64,000 nucleotides of DNA from Macrostomum lignano (Eukaryota). Under the pieces are notes generated by a model. It was not told where the DNA came from. It did no database searches and saw only the letters and a list, made by a program, of their open reading frames with translations. The stretch is from NCBI GenBank assembly GCA_002269645.1, contig NIVC01000282.1, positions 62,001 to 126,000 of the forward strand, in the 5' to 3' direction. Shown here in pieces: positions 12,591-26,400 of this stretch. The translations under genes were made by a program, and so were the position numbers. Each line of letters opens with the position of its first letter. The stretch's first letter is position 1.

Positions 12591-12888
12591 GGGGGCTGTA
12601 GCCTAGTGGTCAGAGCGTCGGACTCACGACTGGAAGGTCGGGGGTTCGATTCCCGATCCCACTGGAACAATTTGTGTCCTTGAGCAAGACATTTAACTCT
12701 GCATTGCTTCAGTTCACCCAGCTGTAAGATGGGTGCCAGCATTAGCTGGGGTAATTGAGGGTGTGTGGCGACCCCCCCCCCCCAGTCCTTGGACTGAGCA
12801 GCCAATAGCTGCGGCTGAGCTGTCGGTTGCACATCTGGCCCGATTGAGGCACGTGTAATCAATTATATTATTATTATTATTATTATTT
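12591..12888 (+). mobile_element. tRNA-derived SINE family B (CORE-like central domain), copy 1
   Basis: A box tagcctagtggtc, B box ggttcgattccc, central tgtgtccttgagcaag..cagttcacccagctgtaa..atggg, (att)n tail. Confidence 0.8.
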
Positions 12889-13082
12889 TACGGGGTTGTA
12901 TTGTAGAAATTGTTTAAAAAAATTTAGGATTTAAAATATTTAACACAAATATTATCAATCTTGCTACTCAATGCTCATTCGGCATGCAAACAGAGGAGGG
13001 TTAATGATCTCAGCGGCTCAATGGGAAAGGTTTAGGGCCGATTCTCCGGGAGTTCTCAAAGCATCTCGCAGACTCGCCGAGC

Positions 13083-16000
13083 TCAGACCGGCGGCAGCAG
13101 CAGCATCTCAGCCTCCATCATCGAGTAGGAGAAGCCAAACGGATTATACCAGACGATTCCGGAAGCGTCCAGGCTGCGAAATGTGTCAGCTGAGTAGTTG
13201 AAGTACTGCCCGTTTAAGTGGGCATTGTGGCAGCAGCCGAACCACCAGGCGCCGATGTAGCGCGTGGCGCAGTTGGCACCGTCACCGCAGGCGCAGTTGT
13301 TGACGTCCCGCGTGCTGAACGGCTTGCTCCTGTGGATGTACATGGAGTCGTCCAGGTTGCCAGAGTAGCCGGTCCAGTCAATTCTGTATTTGTCAGCCTC
13401 AGGCCCGACCCTGAATGAGCGGAGTTCGGCCCAGAACACGGTGGCGTTCCACAGGGTGAGCTCGATGCGGAGGGTTCGAGAGCCCGGCTGGCCGGTAGTG
13501 AGCTGGTGCATCGCGTCCAGGCCTGGGGCAGAGAGTCAGTTTTTTAGCTGAGCACTTTGAGCACTGCGTCTGCCTGAGCACTGAGCGTCTGCCTGAGCAC
13601 TGCGTCTGCCTGAGCACTGAGCGTCTGCCTGAGCACTGCGTCTGCCTGAGCACTGAGCGTCTGCCTGAGCACTGCATCTGCCTGAGCACTCCAATTGTTG
13701 GAGCACTCTGTCTACCTGAGAACTCAATCTACCTGAGAAATCAATCTACCTGAGAACTCAATCTACCTGAGAACTCAATCTACCTGAGAACTCAATCTAC
13801 CTGAGAACTCAATCTACCTGAGAACTCAATCTACCTGACAAAACTCAATCTACCTGAGAACTCAATCTACCTGAGAACTCAATCTACCTGAGAACTCAAT
13901 CTACCTGAGAACTCAATCTACCTGAGAACTCAATCTACCTGAGAACTCAATCTACCTGACAAAACTCAATCTACCTGAGAACTCGATCTACCTGAGAACT
14001 CAATCTACCTGAGAACTCAATCTACCTGAGAACTCAATCTACCTGACAAAACTCAATCTACCTGAGAACTCAATCTACCTGAGAACTCAATCTACCTGAA
14101 CAATCCGTGACAAAATGAAAAGCGTCACACCTACAGACACTCAAAGATACTAGTCTTGCTCTTTACAATCACAGCGCCCAGGTGTCCGAGCACTCACCGA
14201 GCCAGAAGTTGCAGTTCTCGCCAGTCCCAAAGCCGGCCTTATAGTCGGCCCAGGTGCGGTAGAAACTCACCGAATCGGACACTCGATGCTGAATGGTCTT
14301 CCAGCACTTGGCCAGGTGGCTGCTTCGAATCTGCGTTCGTTCAGTTTTGTCATTGTTCTTTTCCGAGAAAGAATCAACAATGCAAGCTGCATTTCTATTG
14401 CAGATTCTTTAGATTTTTTGGCAGACTGGTTGTTAGTAGAGTACCAGAGACTGAATTACGAGCTAATAATTAGCTACAGCCTGAGAGCTTGAGAGAGGCA
14501 TTGCTGCTGGCCATTCCGCCGACTCCCCTGAGCAGGCAAACAAGCGCGCGGATACGTACGCAGTCATACGCACAGGCACACACTCACACAGGAGTGTACA
14601 GCGGCCCCTGACTTTATTTATCGTTAGGCTGTACACTTCACTGTGCCTTGGGGGTTGGCCATCAAAGGCGTTAATTGCACGAGCAGAGCCAAGCCGAGGG
14701 TCCAATTTAGCCCCAAATCAATGTGACTGCACTTGGAATCGAGCCTGGGCCGCTGGCACATCAGAGCTAGCACTACGCTACGGCCCCTGGTGTTCAATGA
14801 GGTTTCAATTATTAAATTATTTCTCTTTTATTCTTTCCAACACGCACAGTAATTATGAAATTAATTAACAGTTTTATTCACACAGGTTTTTTATTTGCCA
14901 CTAACTGTCTTTACCCGTGTGGATAAGTTACATACACATGCGCCATTGTTGGCCGTAAAGTCGTTCTAAATGCTAATGTATATTGACATTCCATTAGTTC
15001 TGTTTGCAGACCATGCAGATGGCCCATTGCGTTTAACTTGGCTCTGGAAAATAACAATTGACACAAACGCACTCTGGGGGCAGGATAAACCTGATTATCA
15101 ATGTTTAACAGCCGGTCAATTTTATTTGATGAGCGCCACACATCAAATAAATTGGCTTTTAGTGCCACACAAATTTTATTTTGATGCTGGGTGCCTGACG
15201 ATCAAAATCAATAAATAATAGAGGCTCCATCCTGGCTTACTGCAAGTACTGTGGCAGCGTTGGGTATTGATATTTAGTGACTGGCACTAATCTGTTAGAC
15301 ACAGGCACTAATCTGTTAGACACGGGCAGCTGTGTTAGACACAGGCACTAATCTGTTAGACACGAGCACTAATCTGTTAGACACAGGCACTAATCTGTTA
15401 GACACGAGCACTAATCTGTTAGACACGAGCACTAATCTGTTAGACACAGGCACCAATCTGTTAGACACGAGCACTAATCTGTTAGACACAGGCACTAATC
15501 TGTTAGACACGAGCACCAATCTGTTAGACACGAGCACTAACCTGTTAGACACGAGCACTAATCTGTTAGACACGGACACTAAACTGTTAGACACGGGCAC
15601 TAATCTGTTAGACACGGACACTAAACTGTTAGACACGGGCACTAATCTGTTAGACACGGGCACTAAACTGTTAGACACGGGCACTAATCTGTTAGACACG
15701 GGCACTAACCTGTTAGACACGAGCACTAACCTATTAGACACGGGCACTAAACTGTTAGACACGAGCACTAATCTGTTAGACACGGGCACTAATCTGTTAG
15801 ACACGGGCACTAATCTGTTAGACACGGGCACTAAATTGTTAGACACGGCACTAATCTGTTAGACACGGGCACTAACCTGTTAGACACGGGAACTAAACTG
15901 TAGACACGGGCACTAAACTGTTAGACACGGGCACTAACCTGTTAGACACGGGAACTAAACTGTAGACACGGGCACTAAACTGTTAGACACAGGCACTAAC

Positions 16001-18281
16001 CTGTTAGACACGAGCACTAACCTGTTAGACACGGGAACTAAACTGTTAGACACGGGCACTAATCTGTTAGACACGGGCACTAATCTGTTAGACACGGGCA
16101 CTAATCTGTTAGACACGAGCACTAATCTGTTAGACACGGACACTAATCTGTTAGACACGGGCACTAACCTGTTAGACACGGGCACTAAACTGTTAGACAC
16201 GAGCACTAATCTGTTAGACACGGGCACTAATCTGTTAGACACGGGCACTAATCTGTTAGACACGGGCACTAAATTGTTAGACACGGCACTAATCTGTTAG
16301 ACACGGGCACTAACCTGTTAGACACGGGAACTAAACTGTAGACACGGGCACTAAACTGTTAGACACGGGCACTAACCTGTTAGACACGGGAACTAAACTG
16401 TTAGACACGGGCACTAAACTGTTAGACACGAGCACTAACCTGTTAGACACAGGAACTAAACTGTTAGACACGGGCACTAATCTGTTAGACACGGGCACTA
16501 ATCTGTTAGACACGGGCACTAATCTGTTAGACACGGGCACTAATCTGTTAGACACGGGCACTAATCTGTTAAACACGAGCACTAATCTGTTAGACACGGG
16601 CACTAACCTGTTAGACACGGGCACTAAACTGTTAGACACGGATACTAAACTGTTAGACACGGCACTAACCTGTTAGACACGGGCACTAAACTGTTAGACA
16701 CGGATACTAAACTGTTAGACACGGCACTAACCTGTTAGACACGAGCACTAAACTGTTAGACACGGGCACTAATCTGTTAGACACGGGCACTAATCTGTTA
16801 GACACGGGCACTAAACTGTTAGACACGGGCACTAATCTGTTAGACACGGGCACTAACCTGTTAGACACGAGCACTAACCTATTAGACACGGGCACTAAAC
16901 TGTTAGACACGAGCACTAATCTGTTAGACACGGGCACTAATCTGTTAGACACGGGCACTAATCTGTTAGACACGGGCACTAAATTGTTAGACACGGCACT
17001 AATCTGTTAGACACGGGCACTAACCTGTTAGACACGGGAACTAAACTGTAGACACGGGCACTAAACTGTTAGACACGGGCACTAACCTGTTAGACACGGG
17101 AACTAAACTGTTAGACACGGGCACTAAACTGTTAGACACAGGCACTAACCTGTTAGACACGAGCACTAACCTGTTAGACACGGGAACTAAACTGTTAGAC
17201 ACGGGCACTAATCTGTTAGACACGGGCACTAATCTGTTAGACACGGGCACTAATCTGTTAGACACGAGCACTAATCTGTTAGACACGGACACTAATCTGT
17301 TAGACACGGGCACTAACCTGTTAGACACGGGCACTAAACTGTTAGACACGAGCACTAATCTGTTAGACACGGGCACTAATCTGTTAGACACGGGCACTAA
17401 TCTGTTAGACACGGGCACTAAATTGTTAGACACGGCACTAATCTGTTAGACACGGGCACTAACCTGTTAGACACGGGAACTAAACTGTAGACACGGGCAC
17501 TAAACTGTTAGACACGGGCACTAACCTGTTAGACACGGGAACTAAACTGTTAGACACGGGCACTAAACTGTTAGACACGAGCACTAACCTGTTAGACACA
17601 GGAACTAAACTGTTAGACACGGGCACTAATCTGTTAGACACGGGCACTAATCTGTTAGACACGGGCACTAATCTGTTAGACACGGGCACTAATCTGTTAG
17701 ACACGGGCACTAATCTGTTAAACACGAGCACTAATCTGTTAGACACGGGCACTAACCTGTTAGACACGGGCACTAAACTGTTAGACACGGATACTAAACT
17801 GTTAGACACGGCACTAACCTGTTAGACACGGGCACTAAACTGTTAGACACGGATACTAAACTGTTAGACACGGCACTAACCTGTTAGACACGAGCACTAA
17901 ACTGTTAGACACGGGCACTAATCTGTTAGACACGGGCACTAAACTGTTAGACACGGCACTCACCCAGACAGTCAGCTGGCTTCCAGCTTGTATCAGTCGG
18001 CACTTGACGCTGCAGTCGGGCGCCCCGCCAGGGCAGCCGAAGAGTCGGCAGTGGCCGGCGGCGAGATCAAAGGCGGCCAGCTGAGCGGATTCCGCCCGGG
18101 TGGCCAGCTGGGCGCAGTGCTCCAAGGAGCTGGACGGCTCGGCGGCGCCCACTTGTTGATAGGTGGAGCTCAGCGCTTCCGCGTCCGCCGAGCCGCGCTG
18201 CCAGGTAGCTATGACTGATGCGTCACCATGGCAACTAAGCGTCGCCAGGGCTGCCATCAATGCATTCAGTAGGTATAGCAT
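13083..18281 (-). CDS. secreted fibrinogen-related domain protein with N-terminal PAN/Apple-like module
   Basis: Exons 18281-17964, 14330-14198, 13522-13083 (phases 0,1; 296 aa). Signal-peptide-like N-terminus, Cys-spaced PAN-like segment, FReD motifs [43 protein letters not shown]. Confidence 0.85.
13545..14100. repeat. two adjacent tandems: 17/19-bp gcactg(ag)cgtctgcctga and 17-bp ctcaatctacctgagaa (FReD intron 2)
   Basis: Direct reading. Confidence 0.93.
14495..14787 (-). mobile_element. SINE family A, copy 4 (3' truncated)
   Basis: Reverse copy with tRNA-like head, in the FReD gene intron. Confidence 0.75.
15280..17960. repeat. 21-bp minisatellite ctgttagacacgggcactaat with higher-order structure (FReD intron 1)
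   Basis: Direct reading; variant blocks recur at a 1149-bp offset. Confidence 0.97.
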
Positions 18282-18849
18282 AGTGCGAGTGTAATTTTTC
18301 GTCTTCTAATTGTTCGGAAAGTGTAGGCCAGTTGCATGCATTTATTTCGGCGCAGCACAGAAATTACCCACGCGAGGGAAGTGGGAGTTTTGCCACAGCG
18401 AATCGGGCACCGCTGAATCCACTCCCCCCCCCCCACCACACCCCAGCTGCCTAGCAACAAGTAAGCGCGAATGTAAACTGTATGGCCAAACACATTTGCT
18501 TTGTTGCATAGCCCGTAAATGATGTTTCCTCATAAGACTCCCCTTGCCTGCCAGTCAAGAACATAGCTAGTGCATCACCTCAAAAGAAAGGCATACCAGC
18601 TCTCGGAAGTCCAGCAGATGGGATTTTTTTACCATCTGAGTGCTAAAAAACGGAAAACTTCCTCGTATCGCAAATGCATTCGGCAACGAAACCCTCGGCC
18701 ACGAGCGAAACTTGCTGGACTTGCGAGTGCAGTATTGTTCTGCTTCAGCTGCCATCATCAGTTCGTTGGTTCGTGCCTATCAGTGTCAGTGACTGCTGTC
18801 AGTTTGAAATAGTTTCCATTTGTCTCTGTAAATGTACATGCAAGTGTTT

Positions 18850-19510
18850 AGTGTCTGCCTGTCTACCCGTCCGTATAATCTGTTAGAGTCTGTCTTTTTG
18901 TCTGCCTGTCTACCTGTCCGTATAATCTGTTAGAGTCTGTCTTTTTGTCTGCCTGTCTACCTGTCCGTATAATCTGTTAGAGTCTGTCTTTTTGTCTGCC
19001 TGTCTACCTGTCCGTATAATCTGTTAGAGTCTGTCTTTTTGTCTGCCTGTCTACCTGTCCGTATAATCTGTTAGAGTCTGTCTTTTTGTCTGCCTGTCTA
19101 CCTGTCCGTATAATCTGTTAGAGTCTGTCTTTTTGTCTGCCTGTCTACCTGTCCGTATAATCTGTTAGAGTCTGTCTTTTTGTCTGCCTGTCTACCTGTC
19201 CGTATAATCTGTTAGAGTCTGTCTTTTTGTCTGCCTGTCTACCTGTCCGTATAATCTGTTAGAGTCTGTCTTTTTGTCTGTCTGTCTACCTGTCCGTATA
19301 ATCTGTTAGAGTCTGTCTTTTTGTCTGCCTGTCTACCTGTCCGTATAATCTGTTAGAGTCTGTCTTTTTGTCTGCCTGTCTACCTGTCCGTATAATCTGT
19401 TAGAGTCTGTCTTTTTGTCTGCCTGTCTACCTGTCCGTATAATCTGTTAGAGTCTGTCTTTTTGTCTGCCTGTCTACCTGTCCGTATAATCTGTTAGAGT
19501 CTGTCTTTTT
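18850..19510. repeat. 47-bp tandem
   Basis: ctgtccgtataatctgttagagtctgtctttttgtctgcctgtctac repeated. Confidence 0.95.
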
Positions 19511-20084
19511 GTCTGTCTCCCTGTCCTTCTCTGTCTTAGTGTCTTAGTGTCTGTCTGTCTGTCTGTCTGTCTGTCTGCCTGTCTGTCTGCCTGCCAGCCG
19601 GTCCGTCCCCAGCCCTGGCAAAGTGCAGTCCTGCACCGCAATCGTCATCAGTGATCCGCGGCGGCTCCGTGCTGCGTTGGCAGACGTGCCAAAAAAATGA
19701 AAATCTGACACAGCAACAGGATTCACGCCAATGTTTAACTTGCCTGCCTATCAGTTTACAGTAAAAAACCTGGGAATTTCTTTCAAAGCAGGATACCTGT
19801 CAGTTTTACGGATGCCAATATTTGCCTTTATTTAGACAGATTTCAACAGAGATATGCTCTCTAGTTTAGCAAGACAAACGCATGCAGAAATTCAGAAAGC
19901 AAAAAAATGCACTCGAGAACAATTGTTATTATATATTCAAAAATGCCATGGCTTGTGGCCTGTGACTTCAGATAATAATCTATAGTTAATCGCACAGCAA
20001 ATGCCATTAAAGAGAGTCTGTCATCAACCAATGCAAGCATGATTCTTTTAATAGCGGGAAGACGGAAAGATATGTACGTCTGAT

Positions 20085-20262
20085 GGATAGACAGACAGAC
20101 GGACAGGCGCAGAGACAGACAGACAGCCAGACAGACAGGCAGACAGACAGCCAGACAGAGACAAGCAGACAGACAGGCAGGCAGGCAGACAGACGGACAG
20201 ACACAGACAGACAGGCAGGCAGGCAGACAGACAGACAGACACAGACAGACAGACAGGCAGGC

Positions 20263-20299
<37 letters not shown>

Positions 20300-20325
20300 G
20301 GCACTAAGACCGACAGACAGACAGA
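20085..20325. repeat. (caga)n microsatellite
   Basis: Direct reading; an inverse (tctg)n run lies at 19545-19595. Confidence 0.9.
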
Positions 20326-20427
20326 AAGGATAGAGCATAGAGACAAAGAAGAACAGACATCATTGCCAGCCCAATGAGCACCCAAGGCAGTTGAGCTGAG
20401 CTTTATCAGTCAAGGCAGCTGGACGCC

Positions 20428-23400
20428 TCAGCTCAGATGCAGCGTCTCCAGTGACCTGTTTCTAGGAAACCGGCCAGCCTCCGGATTCGGGCACCGCAAA
20501 ATCACATCGAACCGGCGCATGAACTGCAGGAAGCTGTCGCGCCGGAAGGCCACACGGAAGTCGAGTCGGACGGCGTCCAACAGGCGGCGAAGTCGGCGCG
20601 GACAGCGGCAGCACCGGCCGGGAGCGGCGGAGTTCAACAGCGGCCAGAGTTCGGCGACTTCGTCGTCAGTGCCAGCGGCCGTCAGCTGGGGGAAGATGGC
20701 GTCTCGATAGCGGGCTGCCTCGGTGGAAGCGTCCGCCTTGGTAACCGGCTGGCTGCTTTGGCGCAGCAGAAACTGCCTCAACGGTTCGGCCAGCGCCTCG
20801 CGCAGCTCCGGCCGGCGCCAGGCGCTCGGCTGTCCGAGCTCGGCGCGAGTCTCCGCCGGCCAATCGTCGCCGCCGACCTCCTGGCAGGCGGCAGACGACG
20901 GCGCCTTGGACAGCAGGCGGTCGGACCAGGCCAGGTAGTCCGGGTACCAGGCGGGCCTGTCGCAGATCCGGCCGGCAGACACGCAGCGTCGGTAGTCGCT
21001 GAACCAAGCCGAGTAGTTGAACAACAAAGACTTGGAAGAGTCTTTATCCGCAGATAATAGCGGAGCCGCCTGCTTTAGGCATTTCTCCTGAAGAGAATTT
21101 TTATCATGGGACATATTCTTTGCGCAAATCATTCAAATTCAAACTTCACAAAAGCAATCCGGCCCACTCGAGGTTTGTGTCTCTTCCTCAGCTCTCTAGT
21201 CTAGTCTAGTCTCCTCTCTTCTCTTCTCTTCTCTTCTCTCCTCTCTTCTCTTCTCTCCTCTCTTCTCTCTTCTCCTCTCTTCTCTTCTCTCCTCTCTTCT
21301 CTCCTTTCGTCTCTCCTCTCCTCTCTTCTCTCCTTTCTTCTCCTCTCCTCTTCTCTCCTCTCTTCTCTCTTCTCTTCCCTCCTCCTCTCTTCTCTCCTTT
21401 TCTCTTCTCTTTTCTCTATCCTCTGCTCTCCTCTGTTCTTTATCCTCTCCTTTCTTTTCCTCTCCTCTCTTTTTATTTATTCCCTCGCCTCTCTTTCCTC
21501 CCATCTCTCTTCTTTATTCCCTTCCCTTTCTTTCCCATCCTCCGGCCAGCAGTCATGCGCCAGGCTCTCTATGTGGCCCTTGAGGTAAAAAAGTTTGCCT
21601 GACACCTGCCATAAGGGATCTTAGCCTAGTGGTTAGAGCGTCGGACTCACGACCGAAAGGTCGGGGGTTCGATTATCGACATTATCGGAACAATTTGTGT
21701 CCTTGAGCAAGGCGCATTGCTTCAGTTCACCCAGCTGTAAAATGGGTGCCAGCATTAGCTGGGGGTAATTGAGGGTGTGTGGCGACCCCCGCCCCAGTCC
21801 TTGGACTCAACAGCCGTACACAGCCTTCAGATGCGCCATTAGGGCAGGTGTAATCAATAATTATTATTAATTCGTATCTAGTTAGGCACAATCACCTGTT
21901 CATCTGTCGGTGACCAGATGTCATCAGGGGACGATTCCTGCTGCTGACTCGGCTCAAACTTGAACTCATACTGACCAGCATCATCATCTACATCAACAGT
22001 CTCGCGTTTGCACCGGACTTCTGCGTCTGAGACATCGACCTGTTGCTCCTCATCGGCTGAGCTGCTCTCAGCACTACTTGAGTCGGCATCATCACCAGCC
22101 GAGCTGTCCCCACTGCAGCCTCCCAGCTCGGACTCCGCCGCATCGTCATCTGCATCATCGTCGGCATCTTCATCAACCGCAGACTCCGCCTCGGTGTCAT
22201 CGTCATAGCAACCGGCTTCATCATCTTCATCAGCAGCAGCATTCTTCTCCTGGGAGTCTGGACAGCCGATGCCGCTCAGGTAGCACAGGGCCAGCAGCAC
22301 GAGGCTGATGGCCAGCTTGTCCACTTCGAAATAGACCGCGGATTTGGCCAGTTCGATTTCGAATCCCGTCACATCCTGGTTGCTAAGCGGATGCCTAGCC
22401 GAATAGTTCCCTAGCAACCGAGTTGCTAGGCGGGACACAAACTCGGTCAGCTGGTCGGGCAGGCGCATCCGGTCGATAATGTAGGCACAGATGGTGAGGA
22501 ACCGGTGCCGGGGGAACACCCGGATGCTGAGCAGGCTGCTCAGGCGGGCCACAATCTCCACTAGGGTGTCGTAGCTGGGGGAGAGAAGATGAGGATTTGG
22601 GAGCGGCTTAGTAATGGAATTGTGGGCTGGCCGCCCCATAGCTTGCAGCTCCATAGGCACTTAAATTCACAGTGACCTGTGAGACTCAAAACAGCTACTC
22701 ATGGATTCACAGTGACCTGTGAGACTCAAAACAGCTACTCATGGATTCACAGTGACCTGTGAGACTCAAAACAGCTACTCATGGATTCACAGTGACCTGT
22801 GAGACTCAAAACAGCTACTCATGGATTCACAGTGACCTGTGAGACTCAAAACAGCTACTCATGGATTCACAGTGATCGGTGAGACTCAAAACCTACTGGA
22901 GCGGCAGTGACCCTCATTCAGCTGACTCACCGAGGCGCCGAGGACCTTCGCAGCATGGCGGCCACCCCGGGCTCGGTGACGCAGTACCGCTCAGGCAGCC
23001 GGCGCAAGGCATCAAAGTAGGGCACCTGGCCCACGGCAACCAGGTGTAACAGGTGCGACAGGCAGACGATTGGAGAAGCGACCGACGCCTCCAGCTGGCA
23101 GGTGATGTACAGCAGAGCGAGGTTGGTCTCGTTCAGCTTCTGGCCGGCCAGGCGTGTCCGGAGCAGCGGCCGGCCGGCCGAGGCCAGCTGGCGGGCGCGG
23201 AACGTCGACCGGAGCCCGGGCGGCGGTGGCTGCTCAGACGACGGCTGGCCGCGCGATTTCGACGACTCGTCATGGCGAAGCAGCCGACGAAGCGAACGCG
23301 CCACCGACTGCGACGTAATCGAGTGAGCGTCGTCGTCAAGGTCGTCGTCGTCAGCGTCGTCGCTGATGCTCGTGTAGAAATCGGCGTCGGAATCGTCCGA

Positions 23401-26400
23401 GTCCTCCCTGTGTGTTTTAATTGCCATTTTTACTCACATTTTTACTTACATTTACGCACATTTTTACTCATAGTAGGGCAGAACGCTTAAAGCTTTATTT
23501 CTTGCACACAACTTTGGGATAGTAAAATATCCGGATGATTATTGATTCTCTGTGTGATTATTGGAAGATTCTGTGTGATTATTGATGATTCTCTGTGTGA
23601 TTATTGAATGATTCTCTGTGTGATTATTGAATGATTCTCTGTGTGATTATTGGCTGATTATGTGTGATTATTGAATTATTCTCTGTGTGATTATTGGCTG
23701 ATTATGTGTGATTATTAAATGATTCTCTATGTGATTAATGTATGATTTTCTGTGTGATTATTGGCTGATTATGTGTAATTATTGAATGATTCTCTGTGTG
23801 ATTATTGGATGATTCTCTGTGTAATTATTGAATGATTCTCTGTGTGATTATTGGATGATTCTCTGTGTAATTATTGAATGATTCTCTGTGTGATTATTGG
23901 ATGATTCTCTGTGTGATTATTGGCTGATTATGTGTGATTATTGAATGATTCTCTGTGTGATTATTGAATGATTCTCTGTGTGATTATTGAATGATTCTCT
24001 GTGTGATTATTGGCTGATTATGTGTGATTATTGAATGATTCTCTGTGTGATTATTGGATGATTCTCTGTGTGATTATTGAATGATTCTCTGTGTAATTAT
24101 TGAATGATTCTCTGTGTGATTACTGAATGATTCTCTGTGTAATTATTGAATGATTCTCTGTGTAATTATTGAATGATTCTCTGTATGATTATTGGATGAT
24201 TCTCTGTGTGATTATTGGCTGATTATGTGTGATTATTGGATGATTCTCTGTGATTAATGTATGATTTTCTGTGTGATTATTGGATGATTCTCTGTGATTA
24301 TTAAATGACTTTCTGTTGACTGTTTCAAAAAATCATTTTTGGTGGTTCTCCTGAAAACCTGATCTGAAAGATTTTCTTTGAGCATTTATTTTCAAAGGTG
24401 ATTATTTGTGCACAATTACAAGAGCCGAGACCGTATGTACGAGCATTACTAGATTAAAACAAACGAAATCCCAAAGCACCTCGCCAGGCCAAGGTCGCAC
24501 AGCTCCCCGCCAGCGGCGCTCAACTGGGCAAGAGTGTCGGCCAGGTCGGCCTCCGTAATTTTGTCCGGTCGGGCCCGTTTCTGTCGGACAGTGCGGCCTC
24601 TGCCTGCGCCGCCGCCGCCTGAGGAGTGAACAGTAGAACGCTTGTAATAAAAGTGAGCACTGGCTTGGCAGTAAACTTTAAAGACTTAAGTGAAATTGCT
24701 TTGTCTATTTAGCTGCATGTAATTTTTTTGTTTGTCACTTTGTCCACAAATTCAGTCCTTGCTCCTGTCTCTGTCTGTCTGTCTGTCTGTCTTTCTGTGT
24801 CTTAGTGTCCGTCTGCCTGGTCTAGCTGAGAAAGTGAGACACTGACAACTCAATCAGAGGCAGAGTCTGAGTAGAAACGACCCTGCAGTTCATCTCTCTT
24901 GCTATTACGCACGTGCTCACTACGCGTAAACTTTATGATTGATCAATTTATACGAGTCTATTGATTGGTCATGTTGTCTTACTGTATGATATATTGTATA
25001 ATTTGTCTATCTATCTATCTATCTGTCTATCTGTCTATCTATCTGACACCAACCGTAGTGCTTGCGTGCCCATTGTCATTCCTTTCACGAGCTACTCTGG
25101 GCGCATCGTACACCAAATCAGATCGCTTATGGCTGAGCATGCCAAAGCGTTTGACACGGTGGCTGCGTACACACGAGATCGAACTCTATAAAAACATTCT
25201 GTGCCCATCCAAACTCCCTGCATTATTTAAACTATTTTTAGAATTCTGACTGCACGTGGTCAAGCCGGGTACTTCGTTTCTCAAGGCTTCGCTCCCATCA
25301 CTTCTAACAATTTATTGATTTTAATGTACCCAGCAACCCTCTCTGACTGCTCATATTTTACAAACCATCGCTTTATTATTTCTCGCAAAAAATTTTTTAC
25401 GGACCCTGACGAAGGCCACGATTTGGCCGAAAATTTGGTCGTCTACTTTAGAAACAAAACAAGTTATACTTTCTCTCACTGTGTGTGCGGTTTTTATTCT
25501 TTTTTGTCTATCTATTCCCAGTACCAGTGTTGAGAAGTATTTTTCTTTTTCCCTTTTCTTGTCCTCATTCTTTGGACGCAATGCCAAACAACGGCAGGAC
25601 TTGGCATTCGAAACGCTAAAAAAATCAAGGCCGTCAGCAGCAAGACAGGAGCAATTCACGACCAGCGGACAAACGCAACCAGCAGGCGCGTCACGGGGAC
25701 CACGCTGATGATCTGCGGCGGCCTAGACGGGAGCCGGAAGTTCCAAGGAACGGCAGCAGAGACAGGCGAGCAGGCCGAGACAGCCACCGCGGGGGTAACA
25801 CCCAGCGGACCGTGCTCAACCCGTTGTCAGCAGACGCTGCCCGCGTAGCCCGCCTCGTGAAACAACTTTTCCGCTCAGAACACCACCTTAACAACTGGAG
25901 GACAATCCCTTCTGGTGTGAAGCATAAGACCGAACAACTACGGACTTTTTTCAGGCTGGCCCTGCCGTCCAAAGCCTGCACTCGACGTCTGAAAGACAAT
26001 GCAGAAGCCTGGGAGTCCAGCCTGGCATGCCAGTGAAGTATGAGACAGACTAGGCCTACGAGCTAAGGTCTGCGATGCTTCACGCCTGCCCCATTTTCAG
26101 CAGGTCAAGGCTGGAGGGAGGTCTGCACCCTCTATTTGCCTCTGGCAGCCGCAGATCCCCCCCCCCCCCACACAGTCGACCAAGGGGTACTCGTCCCTGC
26201 GCGTGTTCAAGGTAGACCCTAGGGCTGCTGGACAGACTGGGCTCCGGCGCTGGCGACCCATCCAGTGGCTTCAGCCGAATTTGGGTATGCGGGTCTGGCT
26301 CGCCAGTCTGCAGGCCGTGGTGCTGCTTAACGTACCCTCTAATGCCTAAGGTGTTTGACCGTGCCGATGGGCTGGAAGGCCGGGGAGTAGTCCGGTCGCT

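Noticed and set aside
12591-12670. tRNA gene (also at 2270, 21615, 34583)
   Set aside because: A/B boxes continue into shared SINE bodies and tails; no complete cloverleaf.
21540-21610. Extra TAF1B exon (GKLFYLKGHIESLAH)
   Set aside because: No donor before the in-frame stop, and exon 5 joins exon 6 in phase without it.
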